IMG/VR virus record: IMGVR_UViG_3300017764_000001
DNA from: a virus
Lineage: Duplodnaviria; Caudoviricetes
Length of the DNA: 64,000 bases
Direction: 5' to 3' (one strand)
Made by a program: the position numbers and the translations under genes. Of this stretch, positions 32,025-42,077 are shown piece by piece (the stretch's first letter is position 1; each line of letters begins with the position of its first letter). The notes under the pieces were generated by a model. That model saw only the letters and a list, made by a program, of their open reading frames with translations. It was not told the DNA's origin and ran no database searches.

Positions 32025-34439
32025 ATGGCAAAATTAAGAGTAGATAAGATTGCAGCACCAATAGTCAAGGATGAATTTACTGGGTCAGTTCATTTTGATG
32101 GGACTGGGGATTATTTGAGTCTATCAAGTAATACTGATTTTGCAATGGGGACGGGTGATTTCACTGCAGAGTGCTTCATAAACACCACCAGTTTTAGTAA
32201 CGCTGAGGGTGCATATAGTGAAAGAGTTTTTGACTCTAACACTGGGCAATTGGGAATTTATGTAACATCAGATGGAAGTGGAACAATTGGTGCTTTGGTG
32301 GCAGGTACTGATCATAGAGGTACTAGTTCTCCAACATTGAGTGGATGGACGCACGTTGCTTTGACGAGAAGTGGATCGACTGTTAGAATATTTTTGAATG
32401 GAGTTTTAGATAGTTCTTTTACTAACAGTGGAAGTGTTGCATCCTCTGGAGACTTTTTGATAGGTGCAAGAGCGAGTGGACAGGGTGGATTCTTGGGGTA
32501 CATCTCCAACTTTCGCATTTGTAAAGGACATGCAGTTTATACTGGAAATTTTACAGTACCAACCAGAGAACTAGAAGTTCATCTTGGTGCAAAAGGAGTC
32601 GTATTCCCTGCAGCAGATAACAGAACTGTTCTCTTAGCCTGCCAATCTTCTACTGATGCAACAGCAGAAGCAACAGGAAGACACACAATCACTGTTAATG
32701 GTGATCCAACAGCAGCAGATGCAAACCCAGGATTATTCCGTAGAACTAATATATCTTCAACAACCACCGAGAACACAGGGGCAGTATATTTTGATGGTAG
32801 TGGTGATTATTTGAGCCTTGCAACTAGCACTGATTTTTCTTTCTCTCATGATTTTACAGTTGAAACGTGGGCATATCCAACTGATATTTCCTCCAAATAT
32901 AATGCTATTTTTTCATTAAATGTAAGTGGGGAATGGAACTCGCAAGGCAAGGGTTTTGTATTATCAATTGGAAATTTACACTATGGCACAGGTTATAATA
33001 CTGATTATACTACTGGTATTATTCCAATAAACACCTGGACACATCTTGCAGTAACAAGATTAAGTGGTGCCATTAAAATTTTTGTTAATGGTGTTTTAGA
33101 CCAAACAATAAATGACGGCAATTCGGATGATACATTTGCAAATGGAACAGGTAATACACCAGCTATTGGATTGTTTGATCAACAAGGTGGTACGCCGAGA
33201 TTTTATTTTACTGGGTACATCTCTAACTTTCGTGTCTGTAAAGGACATGCAGTTTATACATCACAATTCATACCACCAACCAGAGAACTAGAAGTCACTC
33301 CCGAAACTGTTTTCCTTGGGTTGTATGATGGAGAGAATATTTTTGCAGATAAGACTGAAAGACATATCATTGCAGCATATGGTGATCGCACAAGTTCTCC
33401 AACACCCACAGTAACTGATAGTCCTATTGGTATTACAACAAACTATCCACCAGTCACAAGAAATGTTGATCCTACTGCTGGCCCAATATTCCAAGGTGGA
33501 GCAGGATTTATTTCACAGAACTGGTTGACACTACCAAAGGGAACAACATTACAAAGATCTAGAGGTCGTGGACTGTTTGGTGGAGGATATACAACAAGTT
33601 ATACAAATGTGATAGAGTATATTGAAATTCATACTTTAGGAAATGGTCAAGACTTTGGAGATTTGTCAATTGGAAAAACCTTTGTTTCTGCTAATTCATC
33701 ATCAACTCGATGTGTTTTTTCTGGAGGATATGCTCCTTCGGCAAGTAGATCAGAAATTGAATATGTAAACATATCAACATCTGGAAATGTACAGAATTTT
33801 GCTACTGCAGTATCAACTCAGCACTCAAGGGCAGCATGTGGTAATAATACACGGGGAATTATTGCATCTGGATCATTATCTGATGCGATAGAATACATTA
33901 CTTTTTCTACTCTTGGACAATCAAATGTTTTTGGAACATATACAATAGGCCAATATAGAGATGCTTCAGGATGCTCTTCTCCAACAAGGGGTATTTTTGC
34001 CGGGGGATTTACTCCAGCAAACACAAATTCAATACAGTACGTTACTATTTCAACTATCGGAAACACACAAGATTTTGGTGATTTATCAAGTGCAAGATAT
34101 GGTACTGGAGCTACATCATCTGAAACTCGTGGTGTATTTTTTGGAGGAACTGCATTTCCGAGTGCAACTGGATCTAATGTGATTGAATATATAACTATCT
34201 CTACACTTGGAAACACACAAGATTTTGGTGATTTATCTAGATCGACTTATAGATCACCATGCACTTCAAATGGAACTAGAGCTGTCATTTATTCTTCTAG
34301 TCCTACACCAAATTCTAATGCGATTGAATATGTAAATATTGCATCTCTAGGTAATGCTGCAGATTTTGGAGATTCTTTAATATCAGCAAGAGAGTATTCT
34401 GATTCTGCAAGTTCTGATTCCCATGGTGGCATCTCATAA
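32025..34439 (+). CDS. Array paralogue P6: two LamG-like domains plus propeller, first-half neck, SDSHGGIS tail
   Basis: GYISNFR.CKGHAVYT occurs twice; LPKGTTLQRSRGRG. Confidence 0.8.
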   Translation: MAKLRVDKIAAPIVKDEFTGSVHFDGTGDYLSLSSNTDFAMGTGDFTAECFINTTSFSNAEGAYSERVFDSNTGQLGIYVTSDGSGTIGALVAGTDHRGTSSPTLSGWTHVALTRSGSTVRIFLNGVLDSSFTNSGSVASSGDFLIGARASGQGGFLGYISNFRICKGHAVYTGNFTVPTRELEVHLGAKGVVFPAADNRTVLLACQSSTDATAEATGRHTITVNGDPTAADANPGLFRRTNISSTTTENTGAVYFDGSGDYLSLATSTDFSFSHDFTVETWAYPTDISSKYNAIFSLNVSGEWNSQGKGFVLSIGNLHYGTGYNTDYTTGIIPINTWTHLAVTRLSGAIKIFVNGVLDQTINDGNSDDTFANGTGNTPAIGLFDQQGGTPRFYFTGYISNFRVCKGHAVYTSQFIPPTRELEVTPETVFLGLYDGENIFADKTERHIIAAYGDRTSSPTPTVTDSPIGITTNYPPVTRNVDPTAGPIFQGGAGFISQNWLTLPKGTTLQRSRGRGLFGGGYTTSYTNVIEYIEIHTLGNGQDFGDLSIGKTFVSANSSSTRCVFSGGYAPSASRSEIEYVNISTSGNVQNFATAVSTQHSRAACGNNTRGIIASGSLSDAIEYITFSTLGQSNVFGTYTIGQYRDASGCSSPTRGIFAGGFTPANTNSIQYVTISTIGNTQDFGDLSSARYGTGATSSETRGVFFGGTAFPSATGSNVIEYITISTLGNTQDFGDLSRSTYRSPCTSNGTRAVIYSSSPTPNSNAIEYVNIASLGNAADFGDSLISAREYSDSASSDSHGGIS

Positions 34440-34460
34440 ATATGGTAGAGGTATAAAGAT

Positions 34461-35471
34461 ATGAGCAATCTTCCCCCATCAAGAATCCCAAGAGGTGCAA
34501 TAAGATTTAATACTGATAGTAACAAACCAGAACTCTGGGATGGCTCACAGTGGGCAGAGTTTCAGTTAAGCACACCGAATCTTGGTAGGGCAGTTGATAC
34601 TCAACCTGGTGCTCGTGGCATTTTTGCAGGAGGGTCTCCCACAACTGGAGGAGATACTATTGAATATGTAAATATTTCATCAACGGGAGATGCAATTGAT
34701 TTTGGTAATTTACTTGCCACCAAAAAATATGTGGCAGGATGTTCATCATCAACTCGTGGAATAAGTGCTGGTGGTGAACCAGGAACAATTGATGTAATTG
34801 AATTTGTTACGATTGCATCAACAGGAGATGCAGTTGATTTTGGTAATTTAAATAATGGTACTACATATATCAGTGGATGTAGCAGCGAAACAAGAGGAAT
34901 ATTTGCTGGAGGAAAACAACCGGGATTCACAAACCAGATTCAATATATAACAATCGCATCAACAGGTAATGCAAATGATTTTGGTGATTTGACTCAAGCG
35001 AGGGGCAATATTGGTGCTGTTTCTAGTCCTATGAGAGGTGTATTCCAGGGTGGATACACACCAACTAGACAGAATACAATTGATTTTATTACTATTGCAA
35101 CAATTGGAAATGCACAGGACTTTGGTGATTTGACTGGATCAAATGGCAATAATGGTGGAAATCAATCGGGGAGCACCACCAGAGGTTTCTTTGTGGGTGG
35201 TCAACCAGAAACAAATCAAATACAGTATATTACAATTCCAACAGGAGGAAATTCTGTTTTCTTTGGAGAGAGGACTATCTCCAAAGAATATTCTAATTGC
35301 ACTTCTAACAAAATTAGACTTGTTGCTGGTGGAGGACAAACACCGGGTACTACAAATACAATTGAGTATTTTATAATATCAACAGAAGGTAATGCAGTAG
35401 ATTTCGGAGATTTAAATACTGATCAACATCTTTCTGGATCTTGTTTTTCTAATGCTCACGGAGGTCTATAA
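34461..35471 (+). CDS. Array paralogue P7: second-half neck plus propeller, SNAHGGL tail
   Basis: IPRGAIRFNTDSNKPELWDGSQW; ATAAATA at 34436-34442. Confidence 0.8.
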   Translation: MSNLPPSRIPRGAIRFNTDSNKPELWDGSQWAEFQLSTPNLGRAVDTQPGARGIFAGGSPTTGGDTIEYVNISSTGDAIDFGNLLATKKYVAGCSSSTRGISAGGEPGTIDVIEFVTIASTGDAVDFGNLNNGTTYISGCSSETRGIFAGGKQPGFTNQIQYITIASTGNANDFGDLTQARGNIGAVSSPMRGVFQGGYTPTRQNTIDFITIATIGNAQDFGDLTGSNGNNGGNQSGSTTRGFFVGGQPETNQIQYITIPTGGNSVFFGERTISKEYSNCTSNKIRLVAGGGQTPGTTNTIEYFIISTEGNAVDFGDLNTDQHLSGSCFSNAHGGL

Positions 35472-37660
35472 TGGGAATATTACGCACCGATAAAGTTTCA
35501 GGGTTAGAGAAGGAGAAAAGACAGAATCCAAACTTAGTCGTTAATGGTGACTTTAGTGATTCTTCAATTGCCGGTTGGACTGCATATAATGCCGTTGCAA
35601 GTTATGATAGTGGTGCCGGTGGAAGAATTAAAGTTGATGATAGTGCATCAGCAGGTGGATGGAGTAATGCTGCCTATGTAATCAATACAGAACCCGGAGC
35701 ATCATATAGATTTGAAGTTAGAGCTTCGGCAACTGATAGTGATACTCAATTTGTTGGATATTATCAAGGAACTTATGATACTGCCGGGACTGCACCAACG
35801 GTTTATTCATCAGAAATCACCGTTAATCCCTCTGTTCATTATTTTGATCTTATAGCAACGGGTAGCACTGTTACCCTATTGTTGATTGCCAATGGTTCTG
35901 GAGTTGTATATTTTGATGATATTTCATTCAGAAAGACTGATGGAAACTCAATCGGAGGATCTGTTCATTTTGATGGTAATGATCATTTATCTATTGGTAA
36001 TTCAGGAGATTTTAATTTTCTTCACAACGGTGCAACTGATTGGACTGCAGAATTCTGGGCAAAAATGCCCAGTGTAACTCGGGGGCAAGTTTTCGGCACC
36101 GGAGCAAGTAGTGCTCAAACAGGGTTTAGTCTCACTCTTATGTCTGCTGCTGATAATCAAAGTGATGAACCAGGTGTTTTTGCGATGTTTGGTAGAGGGG
36201 CAGCAGGAAACTATAGATATTGGGGAGTAAGTAATGGTCTTTCAATAAATACATGGCATCATATTGCGGCAGTATTTAAGTCCAGTGATAAGACATTAGC
36301 ATTGTATATCGATGGAAGAGAAGTAGATAACGATAGTGGAACGGAAAATGGAACTTTTGGTAGTGGAAATTATTCAACCTCTAATAGTTCATATGCATTT
36401 ATAGTTGGAAAAAATACACATTCTAGTACATTTTTCAAGGGTTACATATCTAATTTGAGGGTTGTTGCTGGACGTAGACTTTACACATCAGATTTTACAC
36501 CACCAGTTCATGCACTAGAACCAATTAATGGAACTAGAATTCTTTGTTGTAATAATCCGGATTCTGTTACTGCCGTGGATAGTGCTTTGATTGGAACTGC
36601 TCATATCAACACATCCTCCGGAAATCCACAAAATTCCACAAAAAATCCAGGTTTTACCAGAGACTTCACATACGGCACAGAGTTTAGGGGTGTCACAACA
36701 TTTGATACGCAAGGATATTTTGTTCCACCATCAGGTACGACAGAACAAAGAGGCAGAGGTCGTGGATTTTTTGCAGGGGGAGGAACTACCCCTAATTACA
36801 CAAATGCAATTGATTTTATTACAATTTCATCTAGTGGAAATGCACAAGATTTTGGTGATTTGACACAAGAAAAACAATCTCTTGGTGGGACAGCAAATTC
36901 TACAAGAGGTATATTTGCAAGTGGATATAATACTCCAGTATTTCCTGCTACTGGTAATAATACTGATAGAATAGAATATATAACAACTGCAACAACAGGA
37001 AACGCACTAGATTTTGGTAATTTAGATTCCGCAATAAGATATGCTTCTTGTGCCGCTAATTCAACAAGAGGTTTAATTGCTGGAGGATACTATCCATCTT
37101 ATATTGATAGAATTGAATATATTACTATCGCATCTCTAGGAGATGCACAAACTTTTGGCACATTGACTGCATCTGCCACCGCAACTGATAAAGCAGGTTT
37201 ATCTTCTCCAACTAGAGCACTATTTGCTGGGGGAGAAAATGGTAGTGGTAATATGACTCTCACAGATTATGTGACTATTGCATCAACTGGCAATGCTCAA
37301 GATTTTGGTGACTTGACAGCAGCACGTAGAAGAGCAGCATCGGCATCAAGTGGAACTAGAGGATTAGTTGCCAATGGTTACAATGGATCTGCATATGTAA
37401 ATACCATCGATTATGTGACCATTGCATCAACAGGAAATGCACAAGACTTTGGTGATACATCACAATCTAGAAGTTCTTCAAAAGGACAAGTTTCCTCAAC
37501 AATCAGAGGAGTTTTTGGTAGTGGAGCAACGCCAAATCTTACAAATACCATCGATTATGTGACCATTGCATCAACTGGTAATGCATCAGATTTTGGTGAT
37601 ACAAATGGATCTCTTTTTGAGCAAGCAGGTTGTTCAGATTCCCATGGTGGTCTCTCATAA
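35471..37660 (+). CDS. Array paralogue P8: CBM4/9-like and LamG-like domains plus propeller, first-half neck, SDSHGGLS tail
   Basis: NLVVNGDFSD...GW beta-sandwich start; WHHIAAVF...LYIDG; FVPPSGTTEQRGRGRG; TAATG overlap with P7. Confidence 0.8.
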   Translation: MGILRTDKVSGLEKEKRQNPNLVVNGDFSDSSIAGWTAYNAVASYDSGAGGRIKVDDSASAGGWSNAAYVINTEPGASYRFEVRASATDSDTQFVGYYQGTYDTAGTAPTVYSSEITVNPSVHYFDLIATGSTVTLLLIANGSGVVYFDDISFRKTDGNSIGGSVHFDGNDHLSIGNSGDFNFLHNGATDWTAEFWAKMPSVTRGQVFGTGASSAQTGFSLTLMSAADNQSDEPGVFAMFGRGAAGNYRYWGVSNGLSINTWHHIAAVFKSSDKTLALYIDGREVDNDSGTENGTFGSGNYSTSNSSYAFIVGKNTHSSTFFKGYISNLRVVAGRRLYTSDFTPPVHALEPINGTRILCCNNPDSVTAVDSALIGTAHINTSSGNPQNSTKNPGFTRDFTYGTEFRGVTTFDTQGYFVPPSGTTEQRGRGRGFFAGGGTTPNYTNAIDFITISSSGNAQDFGDLTQEKQSLGGTANSTRGIFASGYNTPVFPATGNNTDRIEYITTATTGNALDFGNLDSAIRYASCAANSTRGLIAGGYYPSYIDRIEYITIASLGDAQTFGTLTASATATDKAGLSSPTRALFAGGENGSGNMTLTDYVTIASTGNAQDFGDLTAARRRAASASSGTRGLVANGYNGSAYVNTIDYVTIASTGNAQDFGDTSQSRSSSKGQVSSTIRGVFGSGATPNLTNTIDYVTIASTGNASDFGDTNGSLFEQAGCSDSHGGLS

Positions 37661-37681
37661 ATATGGTAGAGGTATAAAGAT

Positions 37682-38707
37682 ATGAGTCTCCCCCCATCAG
37701 AAGTGCCACAAGGTGCAATCAGATTTAATACCGACTCCCAGAGGTTAGAGTTTTATGCTCAGGGGGAATGGTGGATTATGTCTACTGATACTCCTAATCT
37801 TGGAACGAGTGCTGACTCAACTCCTGGTGCTCGTGGATTATTTGGTGGTGGTCACGGACCTTCACCAACTAACGAAGTTAACGAAATAGAATATATCAAC
37901 ATTGCATCAACAGGTAATTCGGTAGACTTTGGTGATCTTCAACAAACAAGACAGGCACTTAGTTCTCTTGGATCATCTACAAGAGGATTTTGGGTAGGAG
38001 GAAGAGATGCGCCAGCTAATTTTGATATTATAGAGTTTGTAACTTTTAGTTCATTAGGAGATAATACAGATTTTGGTAATCTTTCTTCTGCAAAACAAGG
38101 ACCTTTTGGACTTTCAAATGCTACTCGTGGAATATCTGGTGGTGGTAGTTTTACTAACACTGTTGATTATTTTACCATGGCATCAACAGGAACTGTAGCA
38201 ACATTTGGTACTCTCCAACCAACTGGAAAAGGAACTTATCAATCAGCATGTATGACTCCTGTAAGGGGTGTTTATCAACAATCTTTGGGTGCAAACCCAT
38301 ATCCAGGAAATACATATTTGGGTGGTTGCATCATTGCATCACTAGGAGATTTTCAGGATTTTGGTGAGTTATCACAACAAAGAGCAAATTCTGCTAGTCT
38401 CTCAAATGCTACTCGTGGAATATTTGCTGGTGGATATCAACCACTCACATCCTCAATTGAATATATGGAAATTTCGTCCGGAGGAAAGGCATCAAAATTT
38501 GGTGATTTAAGTAATAACAGAAAAGAATTAAATGGAAATTGTACATCCCCAACTCGTGGAGTCATAGCTGGTGGATTAGCAGATTCACATTTTAATCTTA
38601 TTGAGTATGTTAATATTCAAACACAGGGCGATGCAGTGGATTTTGGTGATTTGCTTAATCCAAGAATGTATAAGTCAGGAATATCTAATGCACACGGAGG
38701 GTTGTAA
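37682..38707 (+). CDS. Array paralogue P9: second-half neck plus propeller, SNAHGGL tail
   Basis: VPQGAIRFNTDSQRLEFYAQGEW; ATAAATA at 37657-37663. Confidence 0.8.
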   Translation: MSLPPSEVPQGAIRFNTDSQRLEFYAQGEWWIMSTDTPNLGTSADSTPGARGLFGGGHGPSPTNEVNEIEYINIASTGNSVDFGDLQQTRQALSSLGSSTRGFWVGGRDAPANFDIIEFVTFSSLGDNTDFGNLSSAKQGPFGLSNATRGISGGGSFTNTVDYFTMASTGTVATFGTLQPTGKGTYQSACMTPVRGVYQQSLGANPYPGNTYLGGCIIASLGDFQDFGELSQQRANSASLSNATRGIFAGGYQPLTSSIEYMEISSGGKASKFGDLSNNRKELNGNCTSPTRGVIAGGLADSHFNLIEYVNIQTQGDAVDFGDLLNPRMYKSGISNAHGGL

Positions 38708-38766
38708 AAACCCACATATTATACTATACTAAATACGGTAGTTATTACACTATAGATTGACCTGAT

Positions 38767-39693
38767 ATGACTGAGAAAAGTTCTGCTATTACTTCGGTAG
38801 ATATTACACCAGGTTCAGAAATTTCTGTCACAACGCTTAAGAGTGATCTTGCACAGCTAGCAAGTGGTCCTCTGCCGCAGGAATACAAAGGAATGTTGAC
38901 TCATATCGAGGAAACACTGCCTTCTACTAAAGCAGCATGTGACAACTTCTATAAGTCTCACTCACAGATGATGACTGTGACTTTGGATATCACTGACCTG
39001 ACACCTATTCGTAGTATTAAACATACTCTTGCCGCGATTGAAAGAACAAAGAGTGCCCTTGCAGAGGCACAAATCAATCGTCGTAAGAATGAAATCAAAA
39101 TTAAGAAAAAGCAACGTGAGATCGATGCCGCCGAAGATGATCTTGATCGTGAAGAACTTGAGATCGAGATGATCGAACTCATGAACAACAACATGAACAT
39201 TGAGAACTCAATGAAGGGTGCCATCCGTAAGATGTCCTTCCTGATGACTCAATATCGTTCTGTTCTGGATCACATCGGTAAGGATCATATTACCGAAGAA
39301 GATTATGAACGTGAAGAGAAGCGTTACCATGTAATGACTGCACTGAAGCAGGCACTTAACTCTGCCCGTCCTCGTGGTGGTGTGATTGATGAAGGTAACT
39401 CCATCTATCTGTTTGATATTGGTGTGAATGTTTCACATGCACAGGCAGAAGTCTTCAATTATCTGAAGATGGAGAATGAACTGATTCAGAATGGTCAGGC
39501 ACCTTCACATGAAATGACTGTTGAGTGGTTGGAAAAGTGTGCAGATAAGTTCCAGGATTGTTCGGAACGATTTGCAGAGAGTCGTGGATTCACGATTCTA
39601 GATGAGAAGTCTCTTGCAAAACCCGACTTCCCCACCATGCTCCCATCATCTGTGGATGAAGAGTTTGCCAAACTGAAAGCAGCAGAAGAGTGA
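38767..39693 (+). CDS. Coiled-coil-rich hypothetical protein (308 aa)
   Basis: Long charged heptad-like stretch (ALAEAQINRRKNEIKIKKKQREID...); CTAAATA at 38729-38735. Confidence 0.75.
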   Translation: MTEKSSAITSVDITPGSEISVTTLKSDLAQLASGPLPQEYKGMLTHIEETLPSTKAACDNFYKSHSQMMTVTLDITDLTPIRSIKHTLAAIERTKSALAEAQINRRKNEIKIKKKQREIDAAEDDLDREELEIEMIELMNNNMNIENSMKGAIRKMSFLMTQYRSVLDHIGKDHITEEDYEREEKRYHVMTALKQALNSARPRGGVIDEGNSIYLFDIGVNVSHAQAEVFNYLKMENELIQNGQAPSHEMTVEWLEKCADKFQDCSERFAESRGFTILDEKSLAKPDFPTMLPSSVDEEFAKLKAAEE

Positions 39694-39694
39694 T

Positions 39695-40417
39695 ATGAGT
39701 TTACATCTTGTTATTGGTACTCCCATGTATGGGGGTATGTGTACAAGTGAATATACAGATTCACTTCTCAAACTCTCTGAATCATGTAATAAGTCTAGTG
39801 TTAAACTCACTACCATCTTTCTTGGTAATGAGTCTCTGATTCAACGTGGTCGCAATACAATTGCTCACCACTTTATGAACTTGCCTGATGCAACTCATCT
39901 TCTATTCATTGATGCGGACATCAAGTTCCGTGTTGATGATATTGTGAGGATGATTAGGGCAGACAAGGAACTTATCATCGGTCCTGTTGCATTGAAAGGA
40001 TACAACTGGGATCAGATTCGTATGGCAGCACTTGCTGGTGAAGATAATATCGGACGCACTGGTGGAGTATTCAACATCAATACTCTTCCTGGTATTGAGA
40101 TGCAGAGTGAAGATGAACCATTTGAGATTGAGCATGGTGGTAATGCTTTTATGTTAGTCCGAAAGGATTGTTTTGAAGCACTCGAATCTGTGACTCCCAT
40201 ATATACTAATGGTGGAAGATCTTTACCAGATGGTGTAGAAATTAAAGATTACTTTCGTGTTGAGATAAATAAAGATACAAACCATTTATTATCGGAAGAT
40301 TACTTTTTCTGTCACTCTTATCGACAGATCGGTGGAAAAGTCTGGTGTGCTCCCTGGGTAGAAACTGGACACTTTGGGTCACATCTCTTTAATGGTAAAT
40401 ACACTAGGAACAACTAA
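39695..40417 (+). CDS. GT-A fold (GT2-like) glycosyltransferase
   Basis: TPMYGG, ESLIQRGRN, HLLFIDADI (DxD) and LSEDYFFC...GGKVW motifs. Confidence 0.72.
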   Translation: MSLHLVIGTPMYGGMCTSEYTDSLLKLSESCNKSSVKLTTIFLGNESLIQRGRNTIAHHFMNLPDATHLLFIDADIKFRVDDIVRMIRADKELIIGPVALKGYNWDQIRMAALAGEDNIGRTGGVFNINTLPGIEMQSEDEPFEIEHGGNAFMLVRKDCFEALESVTPIYTNGGRSLPDGVEIKDYFRVEINKDTNHLLSEDYFFCHSYRQIGGKVWCAPWVETGHFGSHLFNGKYTRNN

Positions 40418-40423
40418 TAAAAA

Positions 40424-41200
40424 ATGGCATATCCTCTCATTAAATATACACTGACCATTCATGGTAGGCAACCTGAGTGGTTATGCAAAGAATCAGGAGC
40501 ATTCAAGGGTGAGCACGGTGCTCCCGCAAATAAAGCAGGCAAACTTCCTCGTTTTGGTTCTCCACAAGATACCATTTATTTGGGTATGGGATGTGGTGAT
40601 GTAGATCCTGACGGAACTCCTGATGGATATGTCGGATCTATTTCAAGCAAGGCAGATCTCCAGACATACCTCACTGAAATCGGAACTGCCGCTGGATACA
40701 AAACTATTACAGATACTTTAGTCGGTGTTTCAACTTCTGTGACTGTCGGTCTTTCAACTTCCTGGGAATCTGGTGTTGGTCTGACTACGACCACAACGGA
40801 TAAGGTTACTTATACCGGTGTCGGAACTGTCGTGACAATAACCGGATCTCAAGTTACCAAAGTTATAACCGAAACTTCTGATTCTGAAGGATATACGACT
40901 GTTGATACTCCGATTGTCGTATATCCCGCATCTACCATAACAATTACTGGTGTGACAACATCCGTAGGAGTATCAACAGTTGGTGAGGTTACCACCACAA
41001 CCACGACAACGACATCGGAGTATTCTTATACTGATGCATTCACAAATACTTCTACTTCTAAGTCCGAAACCACCACTGATGGTGTGGCCACCAGAACTGA
41101 TACGGTCACGACTAGTGAGTATGAAAAGTATGAAACATCATATGATTATGCGGCAGAAGCAACTAGACTCTGGGATCTCTATGAGTCTGTCAACTCCTGA
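40424..41200 (+). CDS. Hypothetical protein with a roughly 140-aa Thr-rich (mucin-like) central region
   Basis: About one third Thr between residues ~93 and ~235 by hand count, including T5 and T8 runs. Confidence 0.7.
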   Translation: MAYPLIKYTLTIHGRQPEWLCKESGAFKGEHGAPANKAGKLPRFGSPQDTIYLGMGCGDVDPDGTPDGYVGSISSKADLQTYLTEIGTAAGYKTITDTLVGVSTSVTVGLSTSWESGVGLTTTTTDKVTYTGVGTVVTITGSQVTKVITETSDSEGYTTVDTPIVVYPASTITITGVTTSVGVSTVGEVTTTTTTTTSEYSYTDAFTNTSTSKSETTTDGVATRTDTVTTSEYEKYETSYDYAAEATRLWDLYESVNS

Positions 41201-41241
41201 AACAAAATCGACTTTTAATTCCAAAAAAGTCGGAAAAAAAA

Positions 41242-41273
41242 TTCCGGAAAATTTTTGACCTGTAGGGTTTTTT
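41242..41273. repeat. Intergenic conserved element, copy 1 (TTCCGGAAAATTTTT-N3-CTGTAGGGTTTTTT)
   Basis: 29 of 32 bases identical to 56092-56123; lies just upstream of the sulfotransferase ATG. Confidence 0.8.
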
Positions 41274-41282
41274 GAAAAAATT

Positions 41283-42074
41283 ATGAAATTTTATTTTGAT
41301 TGTGGACTTCCACGCTCAGGATCCACTCTTCTAACGGCAATATTAAATCAAAATCCTCAAATACATGCGGGCACATTGTCTCCTGTGTTTGAGGTTATGT
41401 ATTATACGAACGATATACTTCAGGGAGAACAGGCACAGGCATTTCCTAAACCTGATGTATTTCATAAGATGGTTCGTGATGGTATCATCAACTATTACTC
41501 TGATAGAGATGAACCTATCATCATCGACAAGTGTCGTGCATGGCCTGCACATATTGATCTATTAAAAAAATATGTAACAGATGATCCAAAGATAATCTGC
41601 ACTGTTCGTCATCCACTAGATATATTAGCATCATTTATCACACTCTTTAAAAAAGATGGTGGACTTAACTTTATTGATAAGGCAATGCTCAAGCAAGGAT
41701 TGTTTATTACCGATGATGCACGATGCCACTATATGATGAATCCTGGTGGTATTGTATGGGAAAGTATGAATGCACTTGCGACTGCATTTCGACAAAATCA
41801 GACTCAACATATTCATTTTGTACAATATGATGATCTGGTAAATGACCCAGAGAAAGCACTACAGGGTATTCACTGGTTCTTAAAACTCAAACCATACGAA
41901 TACGATTTTGATAATATAGAAGCAAAAGATAGAGAAAAAGATAAAGAGGTATATGGACTTCCAACAATGCATGAAGTCAGATCAAAAGTAGAGAAAAAAT
42001 CAAGACATTACTCTGAGGTTCTTAGTGAAGAAGTCATAAATAAATATAAGAATATGGATTTCTGGAAACAATAG
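41283..42074 (+). CDS. Sulfotransferase family protein
   Basis: GLPRSGSTLL PAPS-binding loop; IIDKCRAW, VRHPLDILASF and YDDLVNDP motifs. Confidence 0.85.
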   Translation: MKFYFDCGLPRSGSTLLTAILNQNPQIHAGTLSPVFEVMYYTNDILQGEQAQAFPKPDVFHKMVRDGIINYYSDRDEPIIIDKCRAWPAHIDLLKKYVTDDPKIICTVRHPLDILASFITLFKKDGGLNFIDKAMLKQGLFITDDARCHYMMNPGGIVWESMNALATAFRQNQTQHIHFVQYDDLVNDPEKALQGIHWFLKLKPYEYDFDNIEAKDREKDKEVYGLPTMHEVRSKVEKKSRHYSEVLSEEVINKYKNMDFWKQ

Positions 42075-42077
42075 TGC

